A DNA stretch of 32,000 bases from Parasynechococcus marenigrum WH 8102. Its GTDB lineage: Bacteria > Cyanobacteriota > Cyanobacteriia > PCC-6307 > Cyanobiaceae. The position numbers and the translations under genes were made by a program. The stretch is from positions 1,290,001 to 1,322,000 of the forward strand of contig NC_005070.1 of the NCBI RefSeq assembly GCF_000195975.1, in the 5' to 3' direction. The notes below the pieces were generated by a model. That model was not told the origin of the DNA. It saw nothing but the letters and a program-made list of their open reading frames with translations, and ran no database searches. Shown piece by piece: positions 1-10,399 of this stretch (position 1 is its first letter; each line of letters opens with the position of its first letter).

Positions 1-1231
1 TTCTGGATGCCGACGTCGTGGATGAGTTGGTCGTAGGCCCGCTGCAGGAATGTGCTGTAGATGGCCACGACAGGCCGAAGACCTTCACAGGCCATGCCCG
101 CCGCCAAGGTGACAGCGTGTTGTTCGGCGATGCCGACATCCACATACTGATTGGGAACAGCTTTCTGCAGCAGATCCAGACCGGTTCCAGTGGCCATGGC
201 AGCGGTGATGCCCACCACGCGACTGTTCTGTTCGCAGAGCTTGACCAGGGTCTGGCCGAACACCTTGCTGTAACTGGCAGGTTTCGGTTTCTTCGACGGA
301 ATGGCCTTGCCGGTGGTCAGATCGAAGGCGGACTGGGCGTGGTAACCGACCTGATCCGCCTCGGCATAGGGGTAACCCTTGCCCTTCTTGGTAACGACAT
401 GAACCAGCACGGGCCCACCATCACGGTGGGCAGCCTGGAAGGTCCGCATCATTTCACCGATGTCATGGCCATCAATCGGCCCCATGTAGGTGAAGCCCAG
501 CTCTTCAAACACAGCACCCACCTTGGGAACCGCGAGACGACGCATACTTCCCTTCAGGCGGTTCAACTCGGCTGGGAGCTCGCCACCCATGAAGGGAAGA
601 TGGCGAACGCTTTCCTCAACGCTGCCGGAGAGGAACTGCATCGGCGGACTGAGCCTTGCGCGGTTCAGAACGTTCGATAGGGCACCCACTGGTGGTGAAA
701 TCGACATGTCGTTGTCGTTGAGGACAACGAGTAAGGGGGTTTCGGGGAGATGTCCGGCGTGGTTGATCGCTTCCAGAGCCATCCCACCGGTAAGAGCACC
801 ATCGCCGATCACGGCGACGCACTTGAAGTCCTCACCACGATTATCCCGGGCCATCGCCATGCCCAGCGCTGCCGAAATCGACGTGCTGGCATGGCCAGCA
901 CCGAAATGATCAAAGTTGCTTTCTGAGCGTTTGAGGTACCCCGCAACACCATTCTGCTGGCGAAGGGTGTGGAAGTCGTTGAAACGACCGGTGATCAATT
1001 TGTGGGGATAAGCCTGGTGCCCGACATCCCAGATGACCCGATCCCTGTCCAGATCGAGGGTCTGGTACAGCGCCAGGGTTAGCTCCACCACCCCCAGACC
1101 AGGGCCGAGATGGCCACCACTGGTGGAGACCACCTGAAGATGACGGTCTCGAATCTGACGGGCGACATCCTCAAGCTCAGACAGCTTGAGGCCGTGCAGC
1201 TCATTCGGATGAGTCAAATCTCCGAGATGCA
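1..1231 (-). CDS. dxs: 1-deoxy-D-xylulose-5-phosphate synthase, N-terminal ~410 codons (continues past the left edge)
   Basis: Not in the ORF track because it runs off the edge. The reverse complement from the ATG at 1231..1229 reads [56 protein letters not shown]...[13 protein letters not shown]...[20 protein letters not shown]...LNDNDMSIS, which are typical DXS/TPP-binding motifs. Confidence 0.93.
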
Positions 1232-1312
1232 TGCACGATCCGCTCCAGGCCCTGCAATCTACGGCGTCCGTTCCTAGGGGCCGTTAGCCCTGAACATGGG
1301 GAGAATGGAGGG

Positions 1313-2842
1313 ATGACCGACTATCTCCAGCGGATCCTGCGGGCTCGCGTCTACGACGTCGCGCGGGAGACGCCGCTTGACCCTGCCCCAAACCTCAGTC
1401 GCCGACTTGGCAATGAGGTGCTGCTGAAGCGCGAAGACCTGCAACCGGTGTTCTCGTTCAAGCTTCGCGGTGCTTACAACCGCATGGCCCAGCTCACGCC
1501 GGAGGAACTCAGTCGTGGCGTGATCGCCTCCAGCGCAGGAAACCATGCCCAGGGCGTGGCCCTAAGTGCCAAAAAACTCGGCTGCCGCGCCGTCATCGTG
1601 ATGCCCGCCACCACACCCGAGGTGAAGGTGCGGGCCGTGCGCACCATTGGCGGGGAAGTCGTGCTCCATGGGGAGACCTACGACGAATGTTCAGCAGAAG
1701 CGAGACAACGCTGCGCTGATGAGGGACTCACCTACATCCATCCCTTTGACGACCCGGAAGTGATCGCCGGCCAGGGAACCATCGGTCTGGAAATCATGCG
1801 GCAGAGCCCTGAACCGCCGGATGCCATTTATGTAGCGGTCGGCGGCGGCGGACTAATTGCCGGAATCGCGGCTTACGTCAAACAGCTGTGGCCCAGCACC
1901 GAGATCGTCGGCGTTGAACCGGTTGATGCGGACGCCATGACCCAGTCGTTAGAGAAGGGAGTACGGGTTGAGCTGGCCCAGGTGGGCCTGTTCGCCGACG
2001 GCGTTGCGGTCCGCAGGGTGGGGGAGCACACCTTTGCCCTGGCCCAACAATTTGTTGACCGCATGGTGCGGGTCGACACCGATGCGATCTGTGCCGCCAT
2101 CAAGGACGTTTTTGAAGACACGCGCTCCATCCTCGAACCGGCTGGAGCACTTGCCGTGGCTGGGCTGAAGCAGGACGTGGCCGATTGCCAAATGACGGAC
2201 CGCCGACTGGTGGCGGTGGCCTGCGGCGCCAACATGAACTTCGATCGCCTGAGGTTCATCGCCGAACGCTCCGAACTGGGAGAGGAACGCGAGGCGATGC
2301 TGGCGGTGGAGATCCCTGAGCAACCGGGAAGCCTCAGAACCCTGTGTGATCACCTACGCAGCCGCAGCCTCACCGAATTCAGTTACCGAATGAGTGAGGG
2401 CGCATCAGCCCACATCTTCATCGGCGTGCAGGTGAACGGCGCACAGGATCGTTACCAGCTCGTGGATGGACTCCAGCAGCAGGGCTTCTCCTGTCTTGAC
2501 CTCAGCGACAACGAATTGTCCAAGGTTCACCTCCGCCACATGGTTGGCGGTCGTCTTCCATCCACTTCGCAGGACAGTTGCGCTGGGGGCTGCCTCGAAC
2601 TGCTGTACCGCTTTGAATTTCCAGAGAGGCCGGGGGCACTGATGCGCTTCGTCAGCGCTCTCAATCCCGGTTGGAGCATCAGCATCTTCCACTACCGGAA
2701 CCATGGAGCTGACGTGGGTCGGATCGTGGTGGGTGTGCTGATACCGGTGGAAGAACAGCCGCAGTGGACGGCCTTCCTCAATGAGCTTGGGTATCCCTAT
2801 TGGAATGAAACCGACAATCCGGCTTACACCCTGTTCCTCTGA
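1313..2842 (+). CDS. ilvA: Biosynthetic threonine dehydratase/ammonia-lyase with C-terminal regulatory domains
   Basis: 509 aa. It has the PLP-lysine motif region LLKREDLQPVFSFKLRGAYN and the GGGGL glycine loop, and its length fits the two-ACT-like-domain form. Confidence 0.93.
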   Translation: MTDYLQRILRARVYDVARETPLDPAPNLSRRLGNEVLLKREDLQPVFSFKLRGAYNRMAQLTPEELSRGVIASSAGNHAQGVALSAKKLGCRAVIVMPATTPEVKVRAVRTIGGEVVLHGETYDECSAEARQRCADEGLTYIHPFDDPEVIAGQGTIGLEIMRQSPEPPDAIYVAVGGGGLIAGIAAYVKQLWPSTEIVGVEPVDADAMTQSLEKGVRVELAQVGLFADGVAVRRVGEHTFALAQQFVDRMVRVDTDAICAAIKDVFEDTRSILEPAGALAVAGLKQDVADCQMTDRRLVAVACGANMNFDRLRFIAERSELGEEREAMLAVEIPEQPGSLRTLCDHLRSRSLTEFSYRMSEGASAHIFIGVQVNGAQDRYQLVDGLQQQGFSCLDLSDNELSKVHLRHMVGGRLPSTSQDSCAGGCLELLYRFEFPERPGALMRFVSALNPGWSISIFHYRNHGADVGRIVVGVLIPVEEQPQWTAFLNELGYPYWNETDNPAYTLFL

Positions 2843-2881
2843 CTTTGACGGCGATACCTTGGGCCATTGCGACGGTTCGCG

Positions 2882-3379
2882 ATGTCCACACCGTCTCTCG
2901 CCGCCCAGATCGAAGCCATCATGTATCTGAAAGGGCGTCCGATCGGTCTGAATGAGCTGTCTGACCTCGCTCGAGCAGAACCTCAGGGGGTTCAACAGGC
3001 CCTCCTGGCCCTCTCAGCCAGCTATGCCCAGCGGGATACCGCACTGGAGATCGTTGAGCAGAACGGCCGGTTCGGACTGCAACTCCGTCCGGCACTCGCG
3101 GACCTGGTTCAAAACATGCTGCCGGTGAATCTCTCCACCGCCACATTGCGGACCCTGGCAACGATTGCTCTGAAGAAGAGGATCCTGCAATCGGACCTGG
3201 TAGATCTGCGTGGCTCGGGTGCCTACGACCACATCAAAGAACTGCTGGCCCAGGATTTCATCGAACGGCGCCGTCAAAGCGAGGGACGCTCGTACTGGAT
3301 CACACTCTCCGAAAAATTCCATCGCACCTTTTCGGTTCTTCCGGACTTGGCCCAGGAACCACCGGCTGAGGCTGCATAG
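2882..3379 (+). CDS. scpB: Segregation and condensation protein B
   Basis: The ORF 2867..3379 starts at TTG, so the ATG at 2882 is preferred. IEAIMYLKGRPIGLNELSDL...LEIVEQNGRFGLQLRP...LSTATLRTLATIALKKRILQSDLVDLRG is an ScpB-like winged-helix pattern. Confidence 0.85.
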   Translation: MSTPSLAAQIEAIMYLKGRPIGLNELSDLARAEPQGVQQALLALSASYAQRDTALEIVEQNGRFGLQLRPALADLVQNMLPVNLSTATLRTLATIALKKRILQSDLVDLRGSGAYDHIKELLAQDFIERRRQSEGRSYWITLSEKFHRTFSVLPDLAQEPPAEAA

Positions 3380-3417
3380 ACTTTTCCAAGCTTCCGAGTC
3401 GACCTCTGGACACAACA

Positions 3418-3717
3418 ATGCTCACCAGTGGCATCGCCTATCTGCTGCTGGTGCTGTCCACCGCCGTGAACATTTACTTGTTCGTGCTGTTCGTGCGGGT
3501 GCTGCTCACCTGGTTCCCCAACATCGATTTCAGCAACCCTGTCCTGGGTGGTGTCGCCTCGATCACCGACCCGTATCTGAACATGTTTCGTGGGGTGATC
3601 CCGCCGATCGGTGGGATTGATCTCTCGGCGATCCTGGCGTTCATTGCCCTGCGGGTGCTGCAGGGATTGCTTGAAGCATCCAGCGCTCAATTTCAGTCGA
3701 TGAGCCTGGGGTTCTGA
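3418..3717 (+). CDS. YggT family membrane protein (Ycf19-like)
   Basis: 99 aa with two hydrophobic segments. YLFVLFVRVLLTWFPNIDFSNP...DPYLNMFRGVIPPIGGIDLSAILAF matches the YGGT repeat signature. Confidence 0.85.
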   Translation: MLTSGIAYLLLVLSTAVNIYLFVLFVRVLLTWFPNIDFSNPVLGGVASITDPYLNMFRGVIPPIGGIDLSAILAFIALRVLQGLLEASSAQFQSMSLGF

Positions 3718-3718
3718 A

Positions 3719-4183
3719 TCACTGAATCGCTTGCTCCAGCGGCAGCAGATCGTCGTCATCAACGCTGGTGAGATTGCGTACGGGCGCCTTGAATCCTCGC
3801 GCCCGGGCATTGCGAATCTCAAACGGACCAGGAGTGCCTGCAGGGACGGAGAGTCTCAAGGCGAAGGTCTGTACACCGGGAATCACATCTCCGATCGAGC
3901 CGACCCGGGTTCGGTTCGGAAGGATCGGCTCGCCACTGGCATCGAGGATGCGAGCAAACACATCGGTGTCCACCACAGGCTTGCGACCGGGGTTCTCCAC
4001 CTCACCACTGAGGACGTAACACGTCGCCCCCATGGGACGGGCAAAGTCCGGTTGGTTGCCGGGATCCTCAAGGGAACAGGGCTCAAGGCTGAGGTTGTTG
4101 AGATTCAGATCGGCTGCATCAGCAGGATTCACCCCGATCAAAAGAAACAACAGGGCAAGCAGAGGGAGCAGACGTTGGGGCAT
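3719..4183 (-). CDS. Secreted/periplasmic hypothetical protein (FxLYD-domain-like by eye)
   Basis: 154 aa. It has an N-terminal signal peptide MPQRLLPLLALLFLLIGVNPADA and a GGAG Shine-Dalgarno 4-5 nt upstream of the ATG. It lies 6 nt downstream of the mazG-like stop, which suggests an operon. The segment VFARILDASGEPI resembles the FxLYDxxG motif. Confidence 0.6.
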   Translation of the reverse strand: MPQRLLPLLALLFLLIGVNPADAADLNLNNLSLEPCSLEDPGNQPDFARPMGATCYVLSGEVENPGRKPVVDTDVFARILDASGEPILPNRTRVGSIGDVIPGVQTFALRLSVPAGTPGPFEIRNARARGFKAPVRNLTSVDDDDLLPLEQAIQ

Positions 4184-4189
4184 GAACTC

Positions 4190-4519
4190 CTAGCGGTGGT
4201 CTCCACTGCCCGTGATGCGACCACGGGCCGCACGGCTGGCCAGTTTGTCGAGATTGGCCGAAGCGACCTCATCAAGTTCATAACCCAACTCGCTGGCCAA
4301 CTGGGCGATGTACCAGAGCACATCTCCCAGCTCGAGCTTGATCGCTTCTCTGGTCTGTGGATCAAAAACCCCTTGGCGATCACGCAACACCTTTTTGACC
4401 TTGTCCGCCACTTCGCCGGCTTCTCCTGTCAGGCCCAGCGTTGGGTAGATGGGGTTCTGACCCACCTGGGGGTAAGCGGCTGTTCTCCGTGCCGCATCCT
4501 GATAGGCGTTGAGTTCCAT
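4190..4519 (-). CDS. MazG-type nucleotide pyrophosphohydrolase domain protein
   Basis: The ORF 4190..4558 starts at TTG, so the ATG at 4519 (MELNAYQ...) is preferred. LGLTGEAGEVADKVKK...ELGDVLWYIAQLASELGYELDEV is the EExxE/ExxD MazG core. Confidence 0.8.
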   Translation of the reverse strand: MELNAYQDAARRTAAYPQVGQNPIYPTLGLTGEAGEVADKVKKVLRDRQGVFDPQTREAIKLELGDVLWYIAQLASELGYELDEVASANLDKLASRAARGRITGSGDHR

Positions 4520-4575
4520 CGGCAGGGCCTGACAACACCCGGATGGTAGTTTCCGCAAGGATTTTAAGCCTCGGT

Positions 4576-6030
4576 ATGGGCCAGTTCGATCAGAACCGTC
4601 GGACCAAGATCGTGGCCACCATCGGTCCAGCCACGGAAAGTTCCGAGCGAATCAAGGAACTGGTTCAGGCTGGAGCCACCACCTTTCGGTTGAATTTCTC
4701 CCACGGCGACCACAGCGAGCATGCGGCGCGGATTTCGACCATCCGCCAGGTGTCTGAAGAGCTCGGGATCAACATCGGCATCCTTCAAGACCTGCAGGGA
4801 CCAAAAATCCGCCTGGGCCGTTTTGCTGAGGGACCGATCACCCTTGCCAATGGCGACAGCTTCTCCCTGACGTCCAGGCCGGTGAGTTGCAACCAATCCA
4901 TCGCCACCGTCACCTACGACAAACTCGCTGACGAAGTCACCGCAGGAAGCCGCATCCTTCTCGACGACGGCCGCGTTGAGATGAAAGTCGAGCAGGTGGA
5001 TCAGGCTGAACAGACCCTGCACTGCACCGTCACCGTTGGCGGTGTTCTCTCCAACAACAAAGGAGTGAACTTCCCCGACGTGCAGCTGTCCGTCCGCGCT
5101 CTGACGGACAAGGACAAGGTGGATCTGGAATTCGGTCTCTCCCAGGGGGTCGACTGGGTGGCCCTGAGCTTCGTACGCAACCCCTCCGACATGGAGGAAA
5201 TCCGTGGTCTGATCCGTGAGCATGGCCACGAGACCCCCGTCGTCGCCAAGATTGAGAAGTTTGAGGCCATCGACCAGATCGATGCCATCCTTCCCCTGTG
5301 CGATGGCGTGATGGTCGCCAGGGGTGACCTGGGGGTAGAGATGCCCGCTGAGGAGGTTCCTCTTCTGCAGAAGGAATTGATCCGGAAAGCCAACAGCCTG
5401 GGCATTCCGATCATCACGGCCACCCAGATGCTGGATTCGATGGCCTCCAGCCCGCGACCCACCCGCGCTGAAGTGAGCGATGTGGCCAACGCCATTTTGG
5501 ATGGCACCGATGCAGTGATGCTCTCCAACGAAACGGCCGTCGGCGATTTCCCGGTGGAAGCCGTTCAAACGATGGCGACCATCGCCTGCCGGATCGAAAA
5601 GGATTATCCCCAGCGTTCCGTTGACAGCCATCTGGCCAGCACGGTGCCGAATGCCCTGAGTGGCGCCGTCAGCACCATCGCCAGTCAGCTGAACGCCTCG
5701 GCGATCCTTCCTCTCACCAAAAGCGGAGCGACGGCTAAGAACGTCAGCAAGTTCCGTCCCGCATCGCCGATTCTGGCCATTACCCCTGATCCAACCGTGG
5801 CCTGCCGTCTGCAACTGGTTTGGGGAGTGAAGCCGCTGGTGATCCCGCAGCACGAACTCACCACTCACACGTTCCTTGCCGCGATGACCCAGGCCAAAAC
5901 AATGGGGCTTCTGAAGGAAGGTGATCTGGTCGTTCAGACGGCCGGGACCCACACGGGTGTCTCCGGTTCCACCGATCTGGTCAAGGTGGGCATCGTCAGT
6001 TCAGAGGAAGCACCCGTCAACATGATCTGA
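4576..6030 (+). CDS. pyk: Pyruvate kinase
   Basis: RRTKIVATIGPA, FRLNFSHG, MVARGDLGVE and TQMLDSM motifs. The ATG at 4576 is preferred over 4543, which would overlap the divergent mazG-like ORF. Confidence 0.92.
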   Translation: MGQFDQNRRTKIVATIGPATESSERIKELVQAGATTFRLNFSHGDHSEHAARISTIRQVSEELGINIGILQDLQGPKIRLGRFAEGPITLANGDSFSLTSRPVSCNQSIATVTYDKLADEVTAGSRILLDDGRVEMKVEQVDQAEQTLHCTVTVGGVLSNNKGVNFPDVQLSVRALTDKDKVDLEFGLSQGVDWVALSFVRNPSDMEEIRGLIREHGHETPVVAKIEKFEAIDQIDAILPLCDGVMVARGDLGVEMPAEEVPLLQKELIRKANSLGIPIITATQMLDSMASSPRPTRAEVSDVANAILDGTDAVMLSNETAVGDFPVEAVQTMATIACRIEKDYPQRSVDSHLASTVPNALSGAVSTIASQLNASAILPLTKSGATAKNVSKFRPASPILAITPDPTVACRLQLVWGVKPLVIPQHELTTHTFLAAMTQAKTMGLLKEGDLVVQTAGTHTGVSGSTDLVKVGIVSSEEAPVNMI

Positions 6031-6053
6031 TTGCTCTTCTCTGCTGAGCTGCG

Positions 6054-7283
6054 ATGACCCGGCGGATGCCAGCGACGGAGACCGTGAGGATGGCCCTCAC
6101 CACGCTGCGCAGCAATCGATTGCGCAGCCTGCTGACGATGGTGGGCATCGTGATCGGCAACGCGTCTGTGATCACGCTGGTTGGGGTCGGACGTGGCGCA
6201 CAGGGTCTGGCGGAAGAGCAGCTCAGCAACCTCGGCGCCAACGTTCTGTTTGTGGTTCCGGGCAACAACGACACACGCCGCCGCGGCGTGGCCTTTCCGA
6301 AAACCCTGGTCCTCGAAGACGCTGAAGCGATCGATGAACAGGTTCCCAGTGTGCGCCGAGTGGCGCCGCAGATCACCAGCAGCCAGGTCGTACAGGCTGG
6401 AGCGCGAACCGCCACCAGTTCCATCTCGGGGATCACGGCCGACTTTTTACCGGTCCGCAGTTTTGAGATTGCCCGCGGACGATTCATCTCTCCCCAGGAC
6501 AACCAGGCCGCTCGAGCTGTAACGGTGATCGGGCCAGACCTACGGAGCAAGCTGTTTCCCACCGGCGAACCGCTGGGGCAGCAACTCCGCATCGGAACCC
6601 AGGCCTTCGAGGTGATCGGTGTGATGGCGCCAAAGGGTGCGGTGTTCGGCAGCAACCAGGACGAGAACGCCTATATCCCTCTGAGCACCATGGTGAACCG
6701 ACTGACCGGTCGTGATCCCACTTACGGCGTGAGCCTCAGTTTCATCAGCGTGGAGGCGCGTGACGAGGCCAGCACCAGTGCGGCAAAGTTCCAGATCACG
6801 AACCTGCTGCGCCAGCGCCACCGGATCCTTCGGGACGATGATTTCGCGGTGCGTTCTCAGAAAGATGCACTCACCATCGTCGGCACCATCACTGGCGGAC
6901 TCACCCTGATGCTGGCCGCGATCGGGGGAATCTCCTTGCTGGTTGGTGGCATCGGAATCATGAACATCATGCTGGTCTCCGTCAGCGAACGGACGGAGGA
7001 GATCGGACTACGGAAAGCTCTGGGGGCACGCAGCAGTGATGTCCTCCAGCAATTCCTAGTGGAATCGTTGGTCCTGGCCAGCCTCGGTGGTGCCATTGGC
7101 ACGGCAGCCGGACTGGGAACGGTCGCTCTGGTGGCAGCGGTCAGTCCACTACCCGCGAGCATCGGGCTCACCACCGTGATGGTCACGGTGGGGTTGTCAG
7201 GCTCGATCGGCCTGTTCTTCGGTGTCGTACCGGCCCGCCGAGCTGCAAAACTCGACCCGATCGTGGCGCTCAGAAGCCTCTGA
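6054..7283 (+). CDS. ABC transporter permease, MacB/FtsX (DevC-like) family
   Basis: 409 aa. It has an N-terminal TM helix, a large periplasmic domain and a C-terminal FtsX 3-TM bundle ([27 protein letters not shown]...DPIVALR). Confidence 0.85.
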   Translation: MTRRMPATETVRMALTTLRSNRLRSLLTMVGIVIGNASVITLVGVGRGAQGLAEEQLSNLGANVLFVVPGNNDTRRRGVAFPKTLVLEDAEAIDEQVPSVRRVAPQITSSQVVQAGARTATSSISGITADFLPVRSFEIARGRFISPQDNQAARAVTVIGPDLRSKLFPTGEPLGQQLRIGTQAFEVIGVMAPKGAVFGSNQDENAYIPLSTMVNRLTGRDPTYGVSLSFISVEARDEASTSAAKFQITNLLRQRHRILRDDDFAVRSQKDALTIVGTITGGLTLMLAAIGGISLLVGGIGIMNIMLVSVSERTEEIGLRKALGARSSDVLQQFLVESLVLASLGGAIGTAAGLGTVALVAAVSPLPASIGLTTVMVTVGLSGSIGLFFGVVPARRAAKLDPIVALRSL

Positions 7284-7339
7284 GCCACACCACAGCAGCA
7301 ATTTTCCTGCTTTACAATCGCTCATCATTTCTCAGGATC

Positions 7340-9253
7340 ATGAATCAGCGTTGGCGCCTTGTCGCCCTCTGGCTTCTGCCCATCGGCGTCGTGCTCCTGA
7401 TCGGTTGGCAGGTGATCAGTAACGGTGGTCTGAACAGTCAGAACGCCGGGGGCACCACCGTGGCGCCTCGCAATGCAGCGGTGGCCCGCATGAGCTATGG
7501 CCGCTTCCTCGACTACGTGGAAGCCGGTCGCGTGACAGCTGTCGACATCTACGACGGTGGTCGCAACGCTGTAATCGAAGCCGTTGATCCTGACCTGGAC
7601 AACCGTGTCCAGCGTCTGCGGGTGGATCTTCCCGGTCTCGCTCCGGAACTGGTCAACACCCTGAAGGAAGAAGGGATCAGCTTTGACATCCATCCCCCAC
7701 GGACAGCACCTCCAGCCCTTGGCCTGTTGGGCAATCTGCTGTTCCCGTTGCTGTTGATCGGATCATTGATTTTCCTGGCCCGTCGCAACAGCGGCATGCC
7801 AGGAGGTCCCGGTCAGGCCATGCAGTTCGGTAAGAGCAAGGCTCGCTTCATGATGGAAGCCGAAACCGGTGTGATGTTCGATGACGTCGCCGGTGTTGCA
7901 GAGGCCAAACAGGAGCTCCAGGAAGTAGTGACCTTCCTGAAGCAACCCGAGCGTTTCACGTCTGTTGGTGCTCAGATTCCCCGCGGACTCCTACTAGTCG
8001 GCCCTCCTGGAACTGGCAAGACACTGCTCGCCAAGGCGATCGCTGGTGAAGCTGGTGTTCCGTTCTTCTCCCTCTCCGGTTCTGAATTCGTCGAAATGTT
8101 CGTGGGTGTCGGTGCAAGCCGAGTCCGCGACCTGTTCAAGAAAGCGAAGGAAAACAGCCCTTGCTTAATCTTCATCGACGAAATCGATGCCGTTGGACGT
8201 CAACGGGGCGCTGGCATTGGTGGTGGTAATGACGAGCGTGAGCAGACCCTCAACCAGCTGCTCACCGAAATGGATGGTTTCGAGGGCAACAGCGGCATCA
8301 TCATCATTGCGGCAACCAACCGGCCGGACGTGTTGGACTCAGCCCTGATGCGTCCCGGTCGCTTCGACCGTCAGGTCACCGTCGATGCCCCTGACATCAA
8401 GGGTCGACTCTCCATCCTTGAAGTTCACTGCCGCAACAAAAAGCTTGAAGAGGAGCTTTCCCTCGAAAGCATTGCCCGACGCACCCCCGGATTCACGGGT
8501 GCTGACCTGGCCAACCTGATGAATGAGGCAGCCATCCTCACGGCCCGTCGCCGCAAAGAAGCCATTGGCCTGAGCGAGATCGATGATGCGGTTGACCGGA
8601 TCATTGCCGGCATGGAAGGCCGTCCATTAACCGATGGCCGCAGCAAGCGTTTGATCGCGTACCACGAGGTGGGCCATGCGTTGATCGGCACCCTGGTGAA
8701 GGACCATGACCCGGTCCAGAAGGTCACACTGATTCCCCGAGGGCAAGCACAGGGCCTCACCTGGTTCTCACCGGACGAAGAGCAGACCCTTGTGACCCGA
8801 TCTCAGCTCAAAGCAAGAATCATGGGAGCACTTGGTGGACGAGCCGCTGAAGATGTGGTGTTTGGCCATGAGGAAGTGACCACCGGTGCTGGTGGTGACA
8901 TTCAGCAAGTTGCGTCCATGGCTCGCCAGATGGTGACCCGCCTCGGGATGAGCGACCTGGGTCCTGTTGCACTTGAAGGCGGAGGTCAGGAGGTGTTCCT
9001 TGGCCGAGACTTGATGTCCCGCAACGACATCTCGGAATCAATCTCCCAGCAGATTGATGCTCAAGTCCGTCAAATGGTGAAGCGCTGCTATGAGGAAACT
9101 GTCGACATTGTCGCGGCCAACCGTGAGGCAATGGATCGTCTCGTGGAACTGTTGATTGAAAAAGAAACCATGGATGGCGGCGAGTTCGCAGCTGTGGTGG
9201 CTGAATTCACTCAGGTTCCAGCCAAGGACCGCACGGTAGTGACGCTCGACTGA
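7340..9253 (+). CDS. ftsH: ATP-dependent zinc metalloprotease FtsH (resembles the FtsH2/slr0228-type N-terminus)
   Basis: 637 aa. It has Walker A GPPGTGKT, Walker B IIFIDEID, the SRH region and the HEVGHAL zinc site. Confidence 0.95.
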   Translation: MNQRWRLVALWLLPIGVVLLIGWQVISNGGLNSQNAGGTTVAPRNAAVARMSYGRFLDYVEAGRVTAVDIYDGGRNAVIEAVDPDLDNRVQRLRVDLPGLAPELVNTLKEEGISFDIHPPRTAPPALGLLGNLLFPLLLIGSLIFLARRNSGMPGGPGQAMQFGKSKARFMMEAETGVMFDDVAGVAEAKQELQEVVTFLKQPERFTSVGAQIPRGLLLVGPPGTGKTLLAKAIAGEAGVPFFSLSGSEFVEMFVGVGASRVRDLFKKAKENSPCLIFIDEIDAVGRQRGAGIGGGNDEREQTLNQLLTEMDGFEGNSGIIIIAATNRPDVLDSALMRPGRFDRQVTVDAPDIKGRLSILEVHCRNKKLEEELSLESIARRTPGFTGADLANLMNEAAILTARRRKEAIGLSEIDDAVDRIIAGMEGRPLTDGRSKRLIAYHEVGHALIGTLVKDHDPVQKVTLIPRGQAQGLTWFSPDEEQTLVTRSQLKARIMGALGGRAAEDVVFGHEEVTTGAGGDIQQVASMARQMVTRLGMSDLGPVALEGGGQEVFLGRDLMSRNDISESISQQIDAQVRQMVKRCYEETVDIVAANREAMDRLVELLIEKETMDGGEFAAVVAEFTQVPAKDRTVVTLD

Positions 9254-9270
9254 CATCGATGTTCAGTTTT

Positions 9271-9299
9271 GGTCTGCTCTCCTTATGCTTGAGCAGACC
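9271..9299 (+). terminator. Perfect 9-bp stem hairpin 17 nt after the ftsH stop
   Basis: GGTCTGCTC (9271-9279), an 11-nt loop, then GAGCAGACC (9291-9299). The downstream U-tract is poor (AATTCAG), so it may be a terminator or an RNA-stability element. Confidence 0.4.
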
Positions 9300-9317
9300 A
9301 ATTCAGATCAATGATCC

Positions 9318-9560
9318 ATGGCTGATCAGGATAGGATTCGCAATCCCATGGAGATATATAGCAGTTTTCACGGAAAGGATTGGAGCCCTCAGAGAGCTGC
9401 ATTTCACCAAAACCTTGAACAGTTTGCTGACCGAATTGGCCTAATCGTAGGTCTTCAAGCCAATGGCAAAGTCAGCCAAGAAGAAGCATATGAACAGATT
9501 AAGGAACTTTGGAAAGCACTAAAAGTAAGCCGCACCGATCTTTTGCCTAGTAACGACTAA
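9318..9560 (+). CDS. Hypothetical 80-aa protein in an AT-rich islet
   Basis: The ORF uses AT-rich codons unlike its neighbours. The predicted product is helical (…EEAYEQIKELWKALK…). I recognise no family. Confidence 0.45.
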   Translation: MADQDRIRNPMEIYSSFHGKDWSPQRAAFHQNLEQFADRIGLIVGLQANGKVSQEEAYEQIKELWKALKVSRTDLLPSND

Positions 9561-9588
9561 GGGCATTAATATTTCTTATTTAAGCTAT

Positions 9589-9744
9589 TTAAGATTTATT
9601 TTCTCGATGATTCCTCGAGCCTTTACAACGACGACATCGTTCTGAGCAATAAATAACCGAATCCCAGTTATTTCGCCAAGCCTTGCGCCACTGAAAAGGT
9701 CGCTCACAAACCGGGCAGATTTTACTGGGCAATCCGGATTTCAT
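9589..9744 (-). CDS. DUF2256-like small zinc-ribbon protein (51 aa)
   Basis: Below the ORF-track size cut-off. The reverse-complement translation is [51 protein letters not shown]. The CPVC...WRK.W...YCSERCR pattern is as I remember DUF2256. Its ATG (9744..9742) overlaps the clpP TGA (9743..9741) as ATGA. Confidence 0.7.
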   Translation of the reverse strand: MKSGLPSKICPVCERPFQWRKAWRNNWDSVIYCSERCRRCKGSRNHRENKS

Positions 9745-10334
9745 TCCACAGCCTGAATTGGACGCTTATCGATAACGGAATCAATCAGGCCATACTCAAC
9801 GGCTTCTCCGGGAGACATGAAAAAGTCTCGATCCGTGTCCTGTTGAATTCGATCCAGTGGTTGGCCGGTGCGATCAGACAGTTCTTGGTTCAGCCGTTCC
9901 TTGAGATAAAGAATTTCGTCCGCCTGAATCCTGATATCACTGGCCTGACCGCGAGCGCCGCCAAGGGGTTGATGGATCATGATCCTCGAGTGTTGAAGGC
10001 TGCTGCGCTTACCTTTGGTTCCGGCACAGAGAAGAAAAGCACCCATACTCGCCGCCAATCCGACGCAAACAGTGTGCACATCAGGCTTGATGTGCTGCAT
10101 GGTGTCAAAGATACCAAGGCCGTCGTAAACGGAACCGCCGGGTGAATTGATGTAGAGATAGATATCCTTTTCGGGGTCCTCTGCCTCTAAGAAGAGCATC
10201 TGAGCAACGATGCGATTAGCCGAATCACTGGTGACGGCTTCTCCCAGAAAAATGATGCGCTCGCGCAGCAAGCGCGAATAGATGTCAAAAGCCCTTTCAC
10301 CACGACCTGACTCCTCGATCACGATTGGAATCAT
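9741..10334 (-). CDS. clpP: ATP-dependent Clp protease proteolytic subunit (ClpP1-like)
   Basis: 197 aa. [31 protein letters not shown] is followed by the catalytic Ser (GLAASMGAF), His (IMIHQPLGG) and Asp (DTDRDFF). Confidence 0.95.
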   Translation of the reverse strand: MIPIVIEESGRGERAFDIYSRLLRERIIFLGEAVTSDSANRIVAQMLFLEAEDPEKDIYLYINSPGGSVYDGLGIFDTMQHIKPDVHTVCVGLAASMGAFLLCAGTKGKRSSLQHSRIMIHQPLGGARGQASDIRIQADEILYLKERLNQELSDRTGQPLDRIQQDTDRDFFMSPGEAVEYGLIDSVIDKRPIQAVE

Positions 10335-10399
10335 GGCGTCCCTGCGAGTCTGACAATCTTAACGGCGTTGTCTTCGGCGCTAAGGTCACAGCCATTCAA

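Noticed and set aside
4564-5952. A 462-aa ORF antisense to pyk. Similar long antisense ORFs occur at 18-680 and 490-909 (opposite dxs), 6017-6655, 20399-21253, 21698-22228 and 26983-28059.
   Set aside because: These are typical shadow ORFs of high-GC genes. Their products are Arg/Gly/Pro/Ala-rich low-complexity sequences with no recognisable motifs, and each lies opposite a gene with strong family signatures.
8036-8043. HIP1 (GCGATCGC) as a possible iterated cyanobacterial palindrome.
   Set aside because: I found only one exact copy by eye in 32 kb, so there is no enrichment to report.
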